64,000 nucleotides of DNA, from the NCBI GenBank assembly GCA_963845535.1, contig CAWJSK010000004.1:128001-192000 (forward strand), given 5' to 3'. Made by a program: the position numbers and the translations under genes. The DNA is from an uncultured Spirochaetota bacterium (GTDB lineage Bacteria > Spirochaetota > Spirochaetia > SZUA-6 > Fen-1364). Every line of letters begins with the position of its first letter. The stretch's first letter is position 1. The notes below the pieces were generated by a model, which was given only the letters and a program-made list of their open reading frames with translations, did no database searches and had not been told where the DNA came from. This document shows positions 40,424-50,185 of this stretch, one piece after another.

Positions 40424-41116
40424 TCAGCTTCCCGTTCTCACGTCGTAGTCCGCGGCCACCCGCTCAAGATCCAGTCCGGCGAGATAGGAACAGATTGCCG
40501 CGTCATAGGCGGCCGTGACGGCGAACGCTTTCTGAGCCAGGCGCCATCGGGTGGCGAGGGAAAGCGTCCCGCGTCCCGCGGAAAGCTCCTCGAGAACGGG
40601 CTCGTAGTCGGCCGGGTCGGTGAGCGCCGCGACGCGGTGAAAGTTCTTTGCCGCGGCTCGGACCATGCACGGCCCGCCAATGTCGATATTCGACCGCGCG
40701 GCCTCGGGGGTCGCGTCAGGTTTTGAGACGACGCTGGCAAACGGGTACAGGTTCACGACCACAAGGTCGATGGGAACGGCCCCGGCGCGAGCCATGTCCG
40801 CGCGATGTGCGTCATTGTAGGTTTCCGAGAGGAGGCCCAGATACACCTTGAAGTCCAGCGTCTTCACGAGGCCGCCCTGCATCTCGGGCTGCCCCGTGTA
40901 ATCCGAGACCTGCTGCAGCCTGTCCCTGGCTGCCGGGCCAAGCATGTCCCGAAGGGCGCTGTGCGTTCCGCCGGTGGAGAGAATCCTCAGATCAGGGGAG
41001 GCGGAGAGAAGCCCTTTCACCAGGAGATCGAGGCCCGATTTGTCCCAGACGCTGACCAGGGCGGTTTTCACCCGCACGCGGTCATCGATCATCTGGACTC
41101 TGTTGAGGGCCATCAA
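40424..41116 (-). CDS. purH: IMP cyclohydrolase (MGS-like) domain, N-terminal half of a split PurH
   Basis: ALVSVWDKSGL, STGGT, GLVKTL, IDLVVVNLYPF, IDIGGPCMVRAAAKN. Confidence 0.88.
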   Translation of the reverse strand: MMALNRVQMIDDRVRVKTALVSVWDKSGLDLLVKGLLSASPDLRILSTGGTHSALRDMLGPAARDRLQQVSDYTGQPEMQGGLVKTLDFKVYLGLLSETYNDAHRADMARAGAVPIDLVVVNLYPFASVVSKPDATPEAARSNIDIGGPCMVRAAAKNFHRVAALTDPADYEPVLEELSAGRGTLSLATRWRLAQKAFAVTAAYDAAICSYLAGLDLERVAADYDVRTGS

Positions 41117-41284
41117 ACCTCCGCGGCCATGCTATTGATTTTGACCCAGAGGATCAAGTCCGGCGGGACGCTTTGTCAAGGCGGGACGCTTTCGTGACGC
41201 GTTCGACGCGCTCGGCAGCGCGTTCGGCGCGTTCGGCCCTTTCGCGTTGCATGTTTCACGCCGCCCTGATAGAATCCGCACCCG

Positions 41285-43093
41285 ATGCAAGGCCTGCCGC
41301 GCCGGTATCTCCTCATGTCGCTTGTATACGCAGGCGCCGCGCTCCTCATGATCTGTCTGGCCGTCTTCGCGGGCAGTCTTTCCCGAACAGTGGGCGGAGC
41401 GCGCATCTCGGGACGCTTCTCTCCTTTCCCGCTTTTCAACCGAAGCAACCTGGATGAGCTGACTCTTTCCTGGAACGGGTTGAACCTGCGCTTTCCCCGC
41501 GCTTCCCTTCCGGCCGACGGGACAGGGGACATAGTGCTTGCGGGAAACGAACGTCTCCACGTCGCATCATCGAACGAGGCGGGCCCCACGCTGACTATTT
41601 CGCCGGCGGCAAGCGGCGCGGAGGCGCCAGGGACGCTCAGCATCCCGTTCAAGGTTTCCGGAGTGCTTCAGAGCGGCACGGATCCCCGCACCCTCTCCTG
41701 GAGGCAGGGCGCCGGTGCATTCAAGCTCGCCCTTCCGCCGAGCTCGTCCATTGACTATGGCTCGCAGGCAATCGACATCCAGCTCGGAGCGGCAGCTTCG
41801 GACTCCGTGATGAGGCTTGTCACGCTGTCCCCCGCGGCGGCTTCGCAGGCTTTCAGCGCGGAGGCCCCGGCGCCCGCCCCGCGGCTCCCTGAGGAGAAGT
41901 CACTTCTCACTCCGGACCAATTTGCCGCGGCCCTCGGGCACTTCACTGATTCCGCCTATGCGGGATGGAGCGCCTCACGGTATTCAGCGGCAGACGGAAC
42001 CTGGAAGATGTCTGACGGAAAGCAGGGATTCGCGGAGGAGATCGGAACGGGCCTCCTGGCGGAATCGCTGGCCCGAGGAACTTTTTCAGCCGCCATCCAG
42101 GCATGGACGGCGGCGGTGGCCAACCTGCCCAGCCAGTCTCAAGCGTCTTTGTCGTATTCGACGTGCGTGTTCACCGGTCAGGTCAAGGACTTTGCCAGGC
42201 GGCTCCAGGACAAGGACGCCGGGCAGACGGATCGCCTGAAAAGCCTTGCATCCCAGAGGGACCCCTCTCTTGCCTCACAGCCGGGGATCCTCCTCTACGC
42301 CCTGGACAGGGGCGGCCCTGCGCTTGCGAAGGCAATCCTTTCGTCATTGCGCGCCCTGGATCCGGCGCAGTTGCCGTTGCCCGGGCTCCTCACCGTGCTG
42401 GAATCTCAAGAGGATTACGCGCAGCTTGTCGGTGATGACGCCACCGTCCCGTCCGCTGCTCGTGAGGTGATCGAGAAGCGAATCCTGCCGTCTCTCACGG
42501 CCACAACGGACGGCGCGGTTTTCCTTGCCTCGCAAGGGACGCGCGTGGACGTGGTGCAATCGATCCGCTGCGGCTCGCTCTTGATCCGCGCGGGGTCGCT
42601 TCTGCAGGCGTCGAACCTCACGGCACTGGGCAGAGCCTTGGTTGTCTCCTCCCTGTCCCTTGCCTCTGACGCCGGCATCCTGCCGGCCTCGCTCACGTTG
42701 TCCGCAGGGCGCGTGGTGTCGCAGACGGGGTCCGTTGGGCCTGAATCGGTATACGCCATGCTGCCCCTGGGACGGCGCCTCCCGCATGAAGTGCCGCTGT
42801 ATCGGCTCATGGGGGCGGGATGCTGGGTCTGGACAGCTTCCGATCTGGCTTCTGCAGACGAGGTCAGCGGCGAGATTCGGCTCGCATTTGCCTATCCGGC
42901 AGGGGTTGCGCAGCACCTCGTGTTTCGCGGACTTCGACCGTTCCAGCAGATCAGGATGCACGGCATCCCGTGGCATTCTGACCCCTCGTACGCGAAGTAC
43001 TCGGACGGATGGGACTATGACCCTCAGACGCAGACGCTTTTCATGAAGCTCACCGGGAAGCAGGACAAGGAAGAGGTCGATTTCACATTTTAG
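41285..43093 (+). CDS. Hypothetical membrane-anchored protein (602 aa)
   Basis: Long ORF with N-terminal TM helix; no family recognised. Confidence 0.75.
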   Translation: MQGLPRRYLLMSLVYAGAALLMICLAVFAGSLSRTVGGARISGRFSPFPLFNRSNLDELTLSWNGLNLRFPRASLPADGTGDIVLAGNERLHVASSNEAGPTLTISPAASGAEAPGTLSIPFKVSGVLQSGTDPRTLSWRQGAGAFKLALPPSSSIDYGSQAIDIQLGAAASDSVMRLVTLSPAAASQAFSAEAPAPAPRLPEEKSLLTPDQFAAALGHFTDSAYAGWSASRYSAADGTWKMSDGKQGFAEEIGTGLLAESLARGTFSAAIQAWTAAVANLPSQSQASLSYSTCVFTGQVKDFARRLQDKDAGQTDRLKSLASQRDPSLASQPGILLYALDRGGPALAKAILSSLRALDPAQLPLPGLLTVLESQEDYAQLVGDDATVPSAAREVIEKRILPSLTATTDGAVFLASQGTRVDVVQSIRCGSLLIRAGSLLQASNLTALGRALVVSSLSLASDAGILPASLTLSAGRVVSQTGSVGPESVYAMLPLGRRLPHEVPLYRLMGAGCWVWTASDLASADEVSGEIRLAFAYPAGVAQHLVFRGLRPFQQIRMHGIPWHSDPSYAKYSDGWDYDPQTQTLFMKLTGKQDKEEVDFTF

Positions 43094-43806
43094 GTTTGCG
43101 CAGCTCGCATTGGGGCTGCCGCCGGAAGACCCGAGCGCTCCAGCTGCTCGTACATCGAGCAGATAGTCCGTTCAAGCTCGGCTTTGAGGCGCTTCTTCTC
43201 CGCTGAAAACGGCTTCAGCGCGTCAAAGCGTATGGGTGCGCCGACCAGAATGGCGCCAATCCTCCGGTTGATTGCGACCGGAAGGAACTGCACGGCCTTG
43301 CGCGTTCTCTGATAGTAGAGTCTTGCAACGTGAATGAACCCGGTGCAGAACTCGCACATCGTGTCGTTGACCCTCCGCGTGGAGTCCTCCGCGAAGACAA
43401 GCAGGCTCTTGCCCTGCTCCAGGAGGGACAGGCTCTGCATGACCGTTTCCGTGATCTTCTTGCTCTTCTGGTAGACCGGGACTGCTCCGATATCCCTCAT
43501 GATCGCCACGCAGATCCTGCCAACCACCCTGCCAAGCCACCGGCTGAGCGGAGGGCGCAGATGAAGCTCCTGCTCCAGGAACTCCCGCTGGATGCGCGGA
43601 GCCACCATCCCCACGTCCGTGACCTCGTGGGCGACCCAGGGAAATATCCGCAGCGGCAGGGATGTTATCAGCGACACAGGCCCGAAAGAGCCCACGTGGT
43701 TGGCCACCATGATGACGGGATCCTCGAAGCGCAGGTTTATTCTTCCGCGAATCCGCGCCCTGAAGAAGAGGAACCGTACGGCCTTGTAGAAATGGCGGGC
43801 AACCAT
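43090..43806 (-). CDS. PlsC-like lysophospholipid acyltransferase with non-canonical HX4D motif
   Basis: VIMVANHVGSFGP, GAVPVY, GKSLLVFAE, FLPVAI. Confidence 0.75.
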   Translation of the reverse strand: MVARHFYKAVRFLFFRARIRGRINLRFEDPVIMVANHVGSFGPVSLITSLPLRIFPWVAHEVTDVGMVAPRIQREFLEQELHLRPPLSRWLGRVVGRICVAIMRDIGAVPVYQKSKKITETVMQSLSLLEQGKSLLVFAEDSTRRVNDTMCEFCTGFIHVARLYYQRTRKAVQFLPVAINRRIGAILVGAPIRFDALKPFSAEKKRLKAELERTICSMYEQLERSGLPAAAPMRAAQT

Positions 43807-43822
43807 TTGCTTTCAACCATAT

Positions 43823-43841
43823 TACATAGACAGTCTATGTA
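43823..43841. promoter_or_regulatory. Perfect 19-bp palindromic operator
   Basis: TACATAGAC-A-GTCTATGTA, just downstream of a minus-strand promoter (TTGACT at 43871-43866, TAGTAT at 43848-43843). Confidence 0.75.
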
Positions 43842-43916
43842 TATACTATATTTTTTAAAGTGGTAAGTCAAGAAACCTGGCATCTCGCAGCCGCGTGGAC
43901 GCCGACAGGGAGACGC

Positions 43917-44894
43917 TCATGAAGGCCGGGCTGTGGGCTCAGCCTCCCTTCCGACAACCGTTCGAAGGAGGAGCGGGCTGGTCAGGAAGGCGAGCAGCGC
44001 AAGGGAAAGGAGAAGGATCTCCAGGAGTCCCGCAACCCCCCAGAAGCTGCGCAGGACCGCGGCCCCGCCGACGATTCCCACGGCGAGCACGGACCCTGCC
44101 TTGAGCACGCGCTGGCGGACGCGGATGAAAAGCACGGAGGCAACCCCGAGAGTCGCGCAAAAATAGGCCATGGCAGTGTCCCATCGGCTGAAGCGCACCT
44201 CGAAGCTGCGGAGCACGTTGACGACGAACCCGTGGGAATGGCTGACGGTCATCAGCCAGATTGCGAGCACGGGGAGGGGGAGCAGCATCAGGGAAGCGAG
44301 GATCCAATCACGTCGTGCGGTCCTCACCGTGGTGGATGCCACGAGCCAGATGCTGAAGACGCAGAGCGCTCCCAGGAGCGCCAACTCCCACACCGGGGCT
44401 GGTTCGCCCGTTCCCCGCGCAACGTAGGTCACCGTGCGCACCACGGGGTCCCACGACATTGCGGTGAGGATCAGGAACGGAAAGACGGCGTAGCCTATCC
44501 AAGAATAGGACCAGGTCGGGGTGCCTCTGCGGCTGCCCAGAAGGGCGATGAGGAGAATAGCCGCGAAAGCGGTGCCGACCATGACGGGCTGGCGCCACAC
44601 GTGCGTGGCAAAAAGCGCGGCCACGATCATGTGGGGCTGGCAGCTGATCAACGCTTCCATCCAGCTTCCCCGACTGTACGCTTCATAGGTCAGGCGCGCA
44701 ATGGACCGAGCGCCGCCGAAAGAAACGAGCGCTTCCCGCGTTGCCTCCAGCTCCGAGACGCCTCTTTCCTGCAGCTCCGCCACCTTCTCCTGCAGATGGG
44801 AATGCAGCTCGCTGATGATCCTGGATTCGATCTCTCGATCAAGGTGAAGATGCGAACGGACCTCTTCCAGGTAGGTGGCCACCTCTGCCTGCAT
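43917..44894 (-). CDS. Membrane protein with N-terminal HAAS/permease-prefix helical domain
   Basis: YLEEVRSHL...ELHSHLQE...EALVSFG..RSIA followed by multiple TM helices; typical PadR partner. Confidence 0.75.
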   Translation of the reverse strand: MQAEVATYLEEVRSHLHLDREIESRIISELHSHLQEKVAELQERGVSELEATREALVSFGGARSIARLTYEAYSRGSWMEALISCQPHMIVAALFATHVWRQPVMVGTAFAAILLIALLGSRRGTPTWSYSWIGYAVFPFLILTAMSWDPVVRTVTYVARGTGEPAPVWELALLGALCVFSIWLVASTTVRTARRDWILASLMLLPLPVLAIWLMTVSHSHGFVVNVLRSFEVRFSRWDTAMAYFCATLGVASVLFIRVRQRVLKAGSVLAVGIVGGAAVLRSFWGVAGLLEILLLSLALLAFLTSPLLLRTVVGREAEPTARPS

Positions 44895-44909
44895 GGCCGG
44901 TCCTCCCTC

Positions 44910-45263
44910 TCAGCCCTCCGCGGGCTTCATGACAAGCGCCATGGCGCTCGCGAAGCTCCGCCACATGGCGATCTTCTCCTGGAGGAGCTCGCGGCCTTTG
45001 TCCGTCATCGAGTAGTAGCGCCGCTCCTGGCCGTTGGGCAGCTTCTTCCATTCTCCCTGGACAAGACCGTCGTTTTCCAGCTTGCGAAGCGCCGGGTACA
45101 CTGTCCCTTCCTTGAAACGGAAGTACCCCCCGCTTCGGACTTCGATCTCTTTGATGAGGCGATACCCGTACGCCTGCCCCATCTCGTTGATCAGGAAAAG
45201 AAGCAGCGAGTCGGTGTTCCCGCGAAGAAGATCCGAATCATAGCTCCGCTTGGCATCAGCCAT
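44910..45263 (-). CDS. PadR-family transcriptional regulator
   Basis: YGYRLIKEI, EGTVYPALRKLE, RRYYSMTDKG. Confidence 0.92.
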   Translation of the reverse strand: MADAKRSYDSDLLRGNTDSLLLFLINEMGQAYGYRLIKEIEVRSGGYFRFKEGTVYPALRKLENDGLVQGEWKKLPNGQERRYYSMTDKGRELLQEKIAMWRSFASAMALVMKPAEG

Positions 45264-45373
45264 CTTTCTACCCTCACTTCCCTTGACCTTGAGGAAAGGG
45301 TAGTGAGGGCCTTTCCCTGCTGTCAAGAGAGGTCCCATGAAGCCGGCTTGATCCCCTGGTGTATACTCTGTGC

Positions 45374-45874
45374 ATGGCAAAAAAGGCGGCACAGAAGGCG
45401 TCGAAGAAGGCCGTTGACCAACGCCGGGCAAAGCTGGAAAAGGAGCTGCGGGAAGCCATCAAGGAGGTCGATGAGGAGGGCCTCCTCTTCCTTCTCCAGC
45501 AGGCCGGAGTCCTCATTCATAATGCCCGCGTGGAGCGCATCAACGAGGTGGCGCGTGAGATCCGGGGCTCACGCGCGGCAAAGGCCCCATCGGCGCCCGC
45601 GGGCGTGGAGATCGAGGAGTCGGAGGGCGGCAAGGTCTTTTTTCTGACAATCGGACAGAACCGCAAAGTCTTGAACCTCGACGAGATGAAGAGGCTCGTT
45701 CGGATCTGCTATGCGGCGGAGACCAAAAGCGACGCGCTGCGCCAGCTTTACACCGTTCTTTCCCGTGAGCGAAGTGACATTCTGTCTGACGCGCACATCG
45801 GCGGCCCGCAAAGCCCGCTTCTGGACGGCCTTTTCCAGGCCGTGCGGGCAAAGTTCAAGCTGGAGGAGAGATAG
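45374..45874 (+). CDS. Hypothetical protein
   Basis: ORF starting MAKKAAQK with typical codon usage. Confidence 0.65.
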   Translation: MAKKAAQKASKKAVDQRRAKLEKELREAIKEVDEEGLLFLLQQAGVLIHNARVERINEVAREIRGSRAAKAPSAPAGVEIEESEGGKVFFLTIGQNRKVLNLDEMKRLVRICYAAETKSDALRQLYTVLSRERSDILSDAHIGGPQSPLLDGLFQAVRAKFKLEER

Positions 45875-45940
45875 CGCGTACTCACGCGTACTCAGCTCAG
45901 CGGCTCTTGCGCACGGCCGGGAATCCATTTATTGTTGGCC

Positions 45941-46522
45941 ATGGGACTGGCTGTCATCGACGGGAAGTATTACCTCTCCTATGAACAGATACATTCGACA
46001 ATCCGCAAGCTGGCAGAACGCATCCGCACTGACGGCTTCGAGCCTGACGTCATTGTGGCAATCGGGACGGGCGGATACATCCCGGCCCGGATCCTCAAGA
46101 CCTTTCTCAAGAAACCCATCCTGACGGTCGGGATCTCGTATTACGGACCCGACAACAAGCCCGCCAAAACGCCCCGCACAATCCAGTGGATTGATGAGGT
46201 GGAGAAAAAGCTCGCCGGCAGGAAGGTGCTCCTTGTTGATGAAGTGGATGACTCCAGAGTCACCCTCGAGTACTGCCTGCGCGAGCTGCTGCGCCACGGG
46301 GCGCGTGAGATTGCAATCGCCGTTCTTCACAACAAGAACAAGGAAAAAAAGGGGAAAATCCCCCGCGAGATAAAGCGATACTTTGCCGGAGAGGAGCTGG
46401 AGGACCGCTGGATCTGCTATCCCTGGGATGCTGAGGATATCGAGGAGCACCAGAAGAAAACGAGAGAGCCCGCCGGGTCACGCGGGCAGGACCAGGGCGC
46501 GCGCTCCACCGCTACGGTCTGA
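45941..46522 (+). CDS. Purine phosphoribosyltransferase (xanthine/hypoxanthine-guanine type)
   Basis: IVAIGTGGYIPARIL, PRPP loop VLLVDEVDDSRVT, WICYPW. Confidence 0.88.
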   Translation: MGLAVIDGKYYLSYEQIHSTIRKLAERIRTDGFEPDVIVAIGTGGYIPARILKTFLKKPILTVGISYYGPDNKPAKTPRTIQWIDEVEKKLAGRKVLLVDEVDDSRVTLEYCLRELLRHGAREIAIAVLHNKNKEKKGKIPREIKRYFAGEELEDRWICYPWDAEDIEEHQKKTREPAGSRGQDQGARSTATV

Positions 46523-47786
46523 CCCTCTTTCGGTCACGCGGGAAAAGCGTGGCCTCCTTCACGTTCGAAAGCCCCAGGACCTTCTGCGTCAGCCGTTCCA
46601 GGCCAATGGCGAAACCCCCATGGGGCGGGCAGCCAAAGCGGAAAATGGACAGATAGTCCGAAAGGCCGGCAGGGTCCAGGCCAAAGGTTTTCGCGTTCTC
46701 TACCAGCATATCGTACTGGTTGATGCGCATCCCTCCGGAGGTCACTTCGAGACCCCGAAACAGAAGGTCGAACGCCTTCGTCTTGTTGTTCTCTGCGGGG
46801 TACGTATAGAAGGGCCGGGACTTGCGCGGGTAGGCGTACACGAAGCACGCCTCCACCCCGCTTGTCTTTCCCGCCCAGTCGCACAGGGAGCGCTCCGCCT
46901 CTGGCGTGATCTCATAGATCTTCTTCCCGGTTTCACGCGAGACAATTTCCTTGGCTTCATCATGCGACACGCGCGGTATCTTCGCGCATGACTGCGGGTC
47001 GGGCACCGACGCCTTCCAGGCGTCGAGGTCCCGCGGGCAGGTTGCCAGGATTTCCGCGAAGATCGAGGAAAGGATCCTTGTCTCCAGGTCCATCAGGTCC
47101 TGTTCGCTGTCGATGAACGCCATCTCGACGTCCAGGGACACGAACTCGTTGATGTGTCTCGGGGTATCATGCTTTTCCGCCCGGTACGCCGGCCCTATCT
47201 CGAACACGCGCTCCAGGCCGGACGCGACCATGGCCTGCTTGTACAGCTGGGGGCTCTGGGTGAGATAGACGCGCGTGTCGAAGTACTCCACGGCAAAAAG
47301 CCCCGTCCCCCCTTCCGTCCCGGTGCCAATGAGCTTGGATGTCTTGATCTCCGTGAACCCCTCTTTCCTCATGTGCTCTGAAAAACCTTTGAGGATTGCC
47401 GACTGCACGCGGAAGATCGAGAGGATGGCGGGGTTGCGGACGGAGATCATGCGGTTGTCCAGGATGGCTTCCAGGGAGGTCTTGCCGGGCTCCTGGTTCA
47501 CGGGGAAGGGCAGGTCGGAGGCCGCAGCGGAAAGGATTTCCAGCTTCTGCACGCGCACTTCCACGCCGCCGGGGGCCTTCACGTTGGCGGAGGCTGTTCC
47601 CTCTACCGTGACTACGGATTCAAGGGTCACATCCGGCTTGGCGTCAAAGACGAGCTGGACGCTGCCGCTCCTGTCCCGCAGGACCAGGAAGGACACCTTG
47701 CCAAGGTCCCTGATCCTGTGGACCCAGCCGCTGAGCGTGACCTGGGTCCCAACCTTCCCGGAAAGCTCAGAGACAAGAGTCCGCAT
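46512..47786 (-). CDS. aspS: Non-discriminating aspartate--tRNA(Asp/Asn) ligase, short archaeal type
   Basis: GWVHRIRDLG, FLVLRDRSG, TEGG, YLTQSPQLYKQ, YRAEKH, PPHGGFAIGLERL, FPRD; about 424 aa with no bacterial insertion domain; in the gat operon. Confidence 0.9.
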   Translation of the reverse strand: MRTLVSELSGKVGTQVTLSGWVHRIRDLGKVSFLVLRDRSGSVQLVFDAKPDVTLESVVTVEGTASANVKAPGGVEVRVQKLEILSAAASDLPFPVNQEPGKTSLEAILDNRMISVRNPAILSIFRVQSAILKGFSEHMRKEGFTEIKTSKLIGTGTEGGTGLFAVEYFDTRVYLTQSPQLYKQAMVASGLERVFEIGPAYRAEKHDTPRHINEFVSLDVEMAFIDSEQDLMDLETRILSSIFAEILATCPRDLDAWKASVPDPQSCAKIPRVSHDEAKEIVSRETGKKIYEITPEAERSLCDWAGKTSGVEACFVYAYPRKSRPFYTYPAENNKTKAFDLLFRGLEVTSGGMRINQYDMLVENAKTFGLDPAGLSDYLSIFRFGCPPHGGFAIGLERLTQKVLGLSNVKEATLFPRDRKRVRP

Positions 47787-50182
47787 TTCCCTGCTCCATT
47801 CTTGCAAGCATCTCATCCTCGGTCTCTGAGAAAGCCGAACACACCACCAGCTTGGTCCATGCGGACTCCGTTGTGAGCGGGCCCATGGGAATGGCCCCTT
47901 CCCGCCACAGCTCGTGCGATGAGGCGTACCGGGAGAAGTCCACCATGCCTTCCTGCTGGGAGGTGCAGAAGAAATGCACGCCTTTTTCCCGGGCCGCAAG
48001 AAAGACCTTGCGAAGCGAGTAGGGGGAGTCGCGAAGGTTCGCCGTGCCCGTGTCATAGAGCTCGATGACGAAGTTCTTCACCCCACGGTCCATGAGCTCG
48101 ATGAGGTGGTCTCCGCGCATGCCCGGATACACGCGGATGATGAGCGTTGAATTGATAGCCGCCTCCAGCCGGGCCTGAAGTTTCTCCCTGTCCCCGGCCA
48201 GGGGAAGCTCCTCGAACAAAGCACCCGAGGTGTGGCAGAGCTTCTTCATGTTCCAGTTGCGAAACCCGTCTGCCGTCATGCGCTCGAACTTCAGGTTCAC
48301 CGGGGAGAACACCTTGGCGCCGAAAACAACGTAGACTCCCGGGGTCCCTTCCGCCGCGGTCTGGATGGCCTTGCGAAGGGTGGGAATTGCATCACTTCCT
48401 TCCCGGGAAGGAGTCGACAGGGAAGCTGCCAGGACGATAGGAACAGGCGGTTTGGGGAAGAGCCAGAAGACCAGAGAGGCGGTGTAGGCGAGGGTATCAG
48501 TGCCGTGCGTGACGACTATGCCGGAAGCCCTGCCGCTTCGCAGATGCTCATCCAGGTCGCAGGCGAGCCGGGCCCAGTCCGCCGGAGTGATCTCCTCACT
48601 CAGGATCCTGCCGACCTCGCCTTCTTCGAAGGCCACCTTCTTTCCAAAATGTCCCCCCGCCTCCACGAGGCGGAGAATTTCCGACGGGTCTCCGGCAACG
48701 ACCTCCCCGTTCTCGGACTCCGTGCCCACGATGGCGCCGCCCAGGGAAAGGATCTGGACCACGGACATGGCCAGCTTCTTCTTCACCAGGCCCTGCACGA
48801 GGCCCGGGTCAGCCCGGCCGGATGTTTCCTTCATGATCTCACCGATCAGGAAAGTAATGAGCCTGCTGTCCCCCGCGCGGATGGAAGCGACAATCACCTC
48901 ATGGCTCTTCATCACGGCGTCCACGTGGACGGCCAGCTCCGCGGGGTCAGTGATCTGTTCCCAGCCCTTTTCCCTGATGATCGCAAGGGGATCCTTGTCC
49001 TCGTCGAAGACCTTCTCCAACACTGCCTTGGCGATCTTCCCATGGATGCGCTTTGCCCCCAGGAGACCAAGCAGCTCGGCAAGACGTTTTGCTGAGAGCG
49101 GGCTTGCCGCCAGGCTTGCCCCCGTCCTGTTGAGGTGCTTTTTTACATCCGAGGCCAGCCAGAGCGCGGCGCTTTGCGGATCAGCGCCCAGGCGCACGGT
49201 CTCCTCGAAGTAGTCCGCGGTTGTCTTCTCATCGCAGAGGAAGTCAGCCTGCTCCTCGGTCAGGGAGAATTGCTCCAGGAAGCGCGCGCGGCGGGCCTGG
49301 GGCAGCTCGAGCAGGGCTTGCTCTACCCGGGACAGAAAGGCTTTGTCAGGAGCAAAGGGAGGAAGGTCGGGCTCAGGGAAGTAGCGATAGTCGGAAGAGC
49401 TTTCCTTGGTCCGCATGCCCTCCGTGACGTCCCTGTTCTCGTTCCACAGGCGCGTCTCCTGCGTCACCGAGCCTCCGCGTTCCAGGATACTCGGTCTGGC
49501 GCCCTATTTCGTACGTGATGGCCTTGCGGACGAACTTGAAGGAGTTGAGATTCTTCACCTCCACCTTGCTCCCCAGCCCCTTGCCCTCGAGGTTCACGGA
49601 AACGTTGGCGTCACACCGCAGGGAGCCTTCCTCCATGTTGCCGTCGCAAACCCCGAGGTAGCGCACCATGCGGCGAAGCTGCTGGAGGAAGACCTCCGCC
49701 TCCTCACCGACTTCCAGATCCGGTTGGGTGACTATTTCCAGGAGCGGTGTGCCGGTCCGGTTGAAATCCAGAAGAGTAATGTCCCCTGCATGGATCATCT
49801 TGCCCGCGTCTTCCTCCAGGTGCACCTCGCGGATGCGAACGCGCTTCTTGCGCTTTCGAAGCTCGATCTCGAGCCATCCGTCCGTGCCCAGCGGGGATTT
49901 GAACTGCGAGATCTGGTAGTTCTTGGGAAGGTCGGGATAGAAATAGTTCTTTCGCTCGAACAGGCATGAGTGCGCCAGAGTGCAATTCAGCGCTCGGGCC
50001 ACCAGGTAACCCATCTGCATGGCTTCCCCGTTCAGCGTCGGAAGCACCCCCGGGTATCCCATGCAGACAGGACACACGTTCGTGTTCGGCTCATCTCCGA
50101 ATGCCGCCCGGCATCCGCAGAAGACCTTGGTGCGGGTCAAAAGCTGCGTGTGGACTTCAAGCCCGAGGAATGACGCGTACAC
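47767..50182 (-). CDS. gatB: GatB fused to a C-terminal asparaginase/GatD-like domain; apparent +1 frameshift near 49489
   Basis: GLEVHTQL, RKNYFYPDLPKNYQISQ, HLEEDAGK, RCDANVS; second frame has QETRLW, DYRYFPEPDLPP and the YqeY tail, then in frame ILSLGGAI, THGTDTLAYTAS, LTTESAWTKL. Confidence 0.92.
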
Positions 50183-50185
50183 GGC

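Noticed and set aside
41117..41284. ZTP or THF riboswitch upstream of the purH-glyA-folD cluster
   Set aside because: No aptamer motifs seen, only short GC-rich repeats (gcgggacgcttt twice, gcgttcg several times).
49460..49500. Programmed frameshift in gatB
   Set aside because: No slippery sequence; it falls mid-domain and matches four other single-base insertions best explained as sequencing error.
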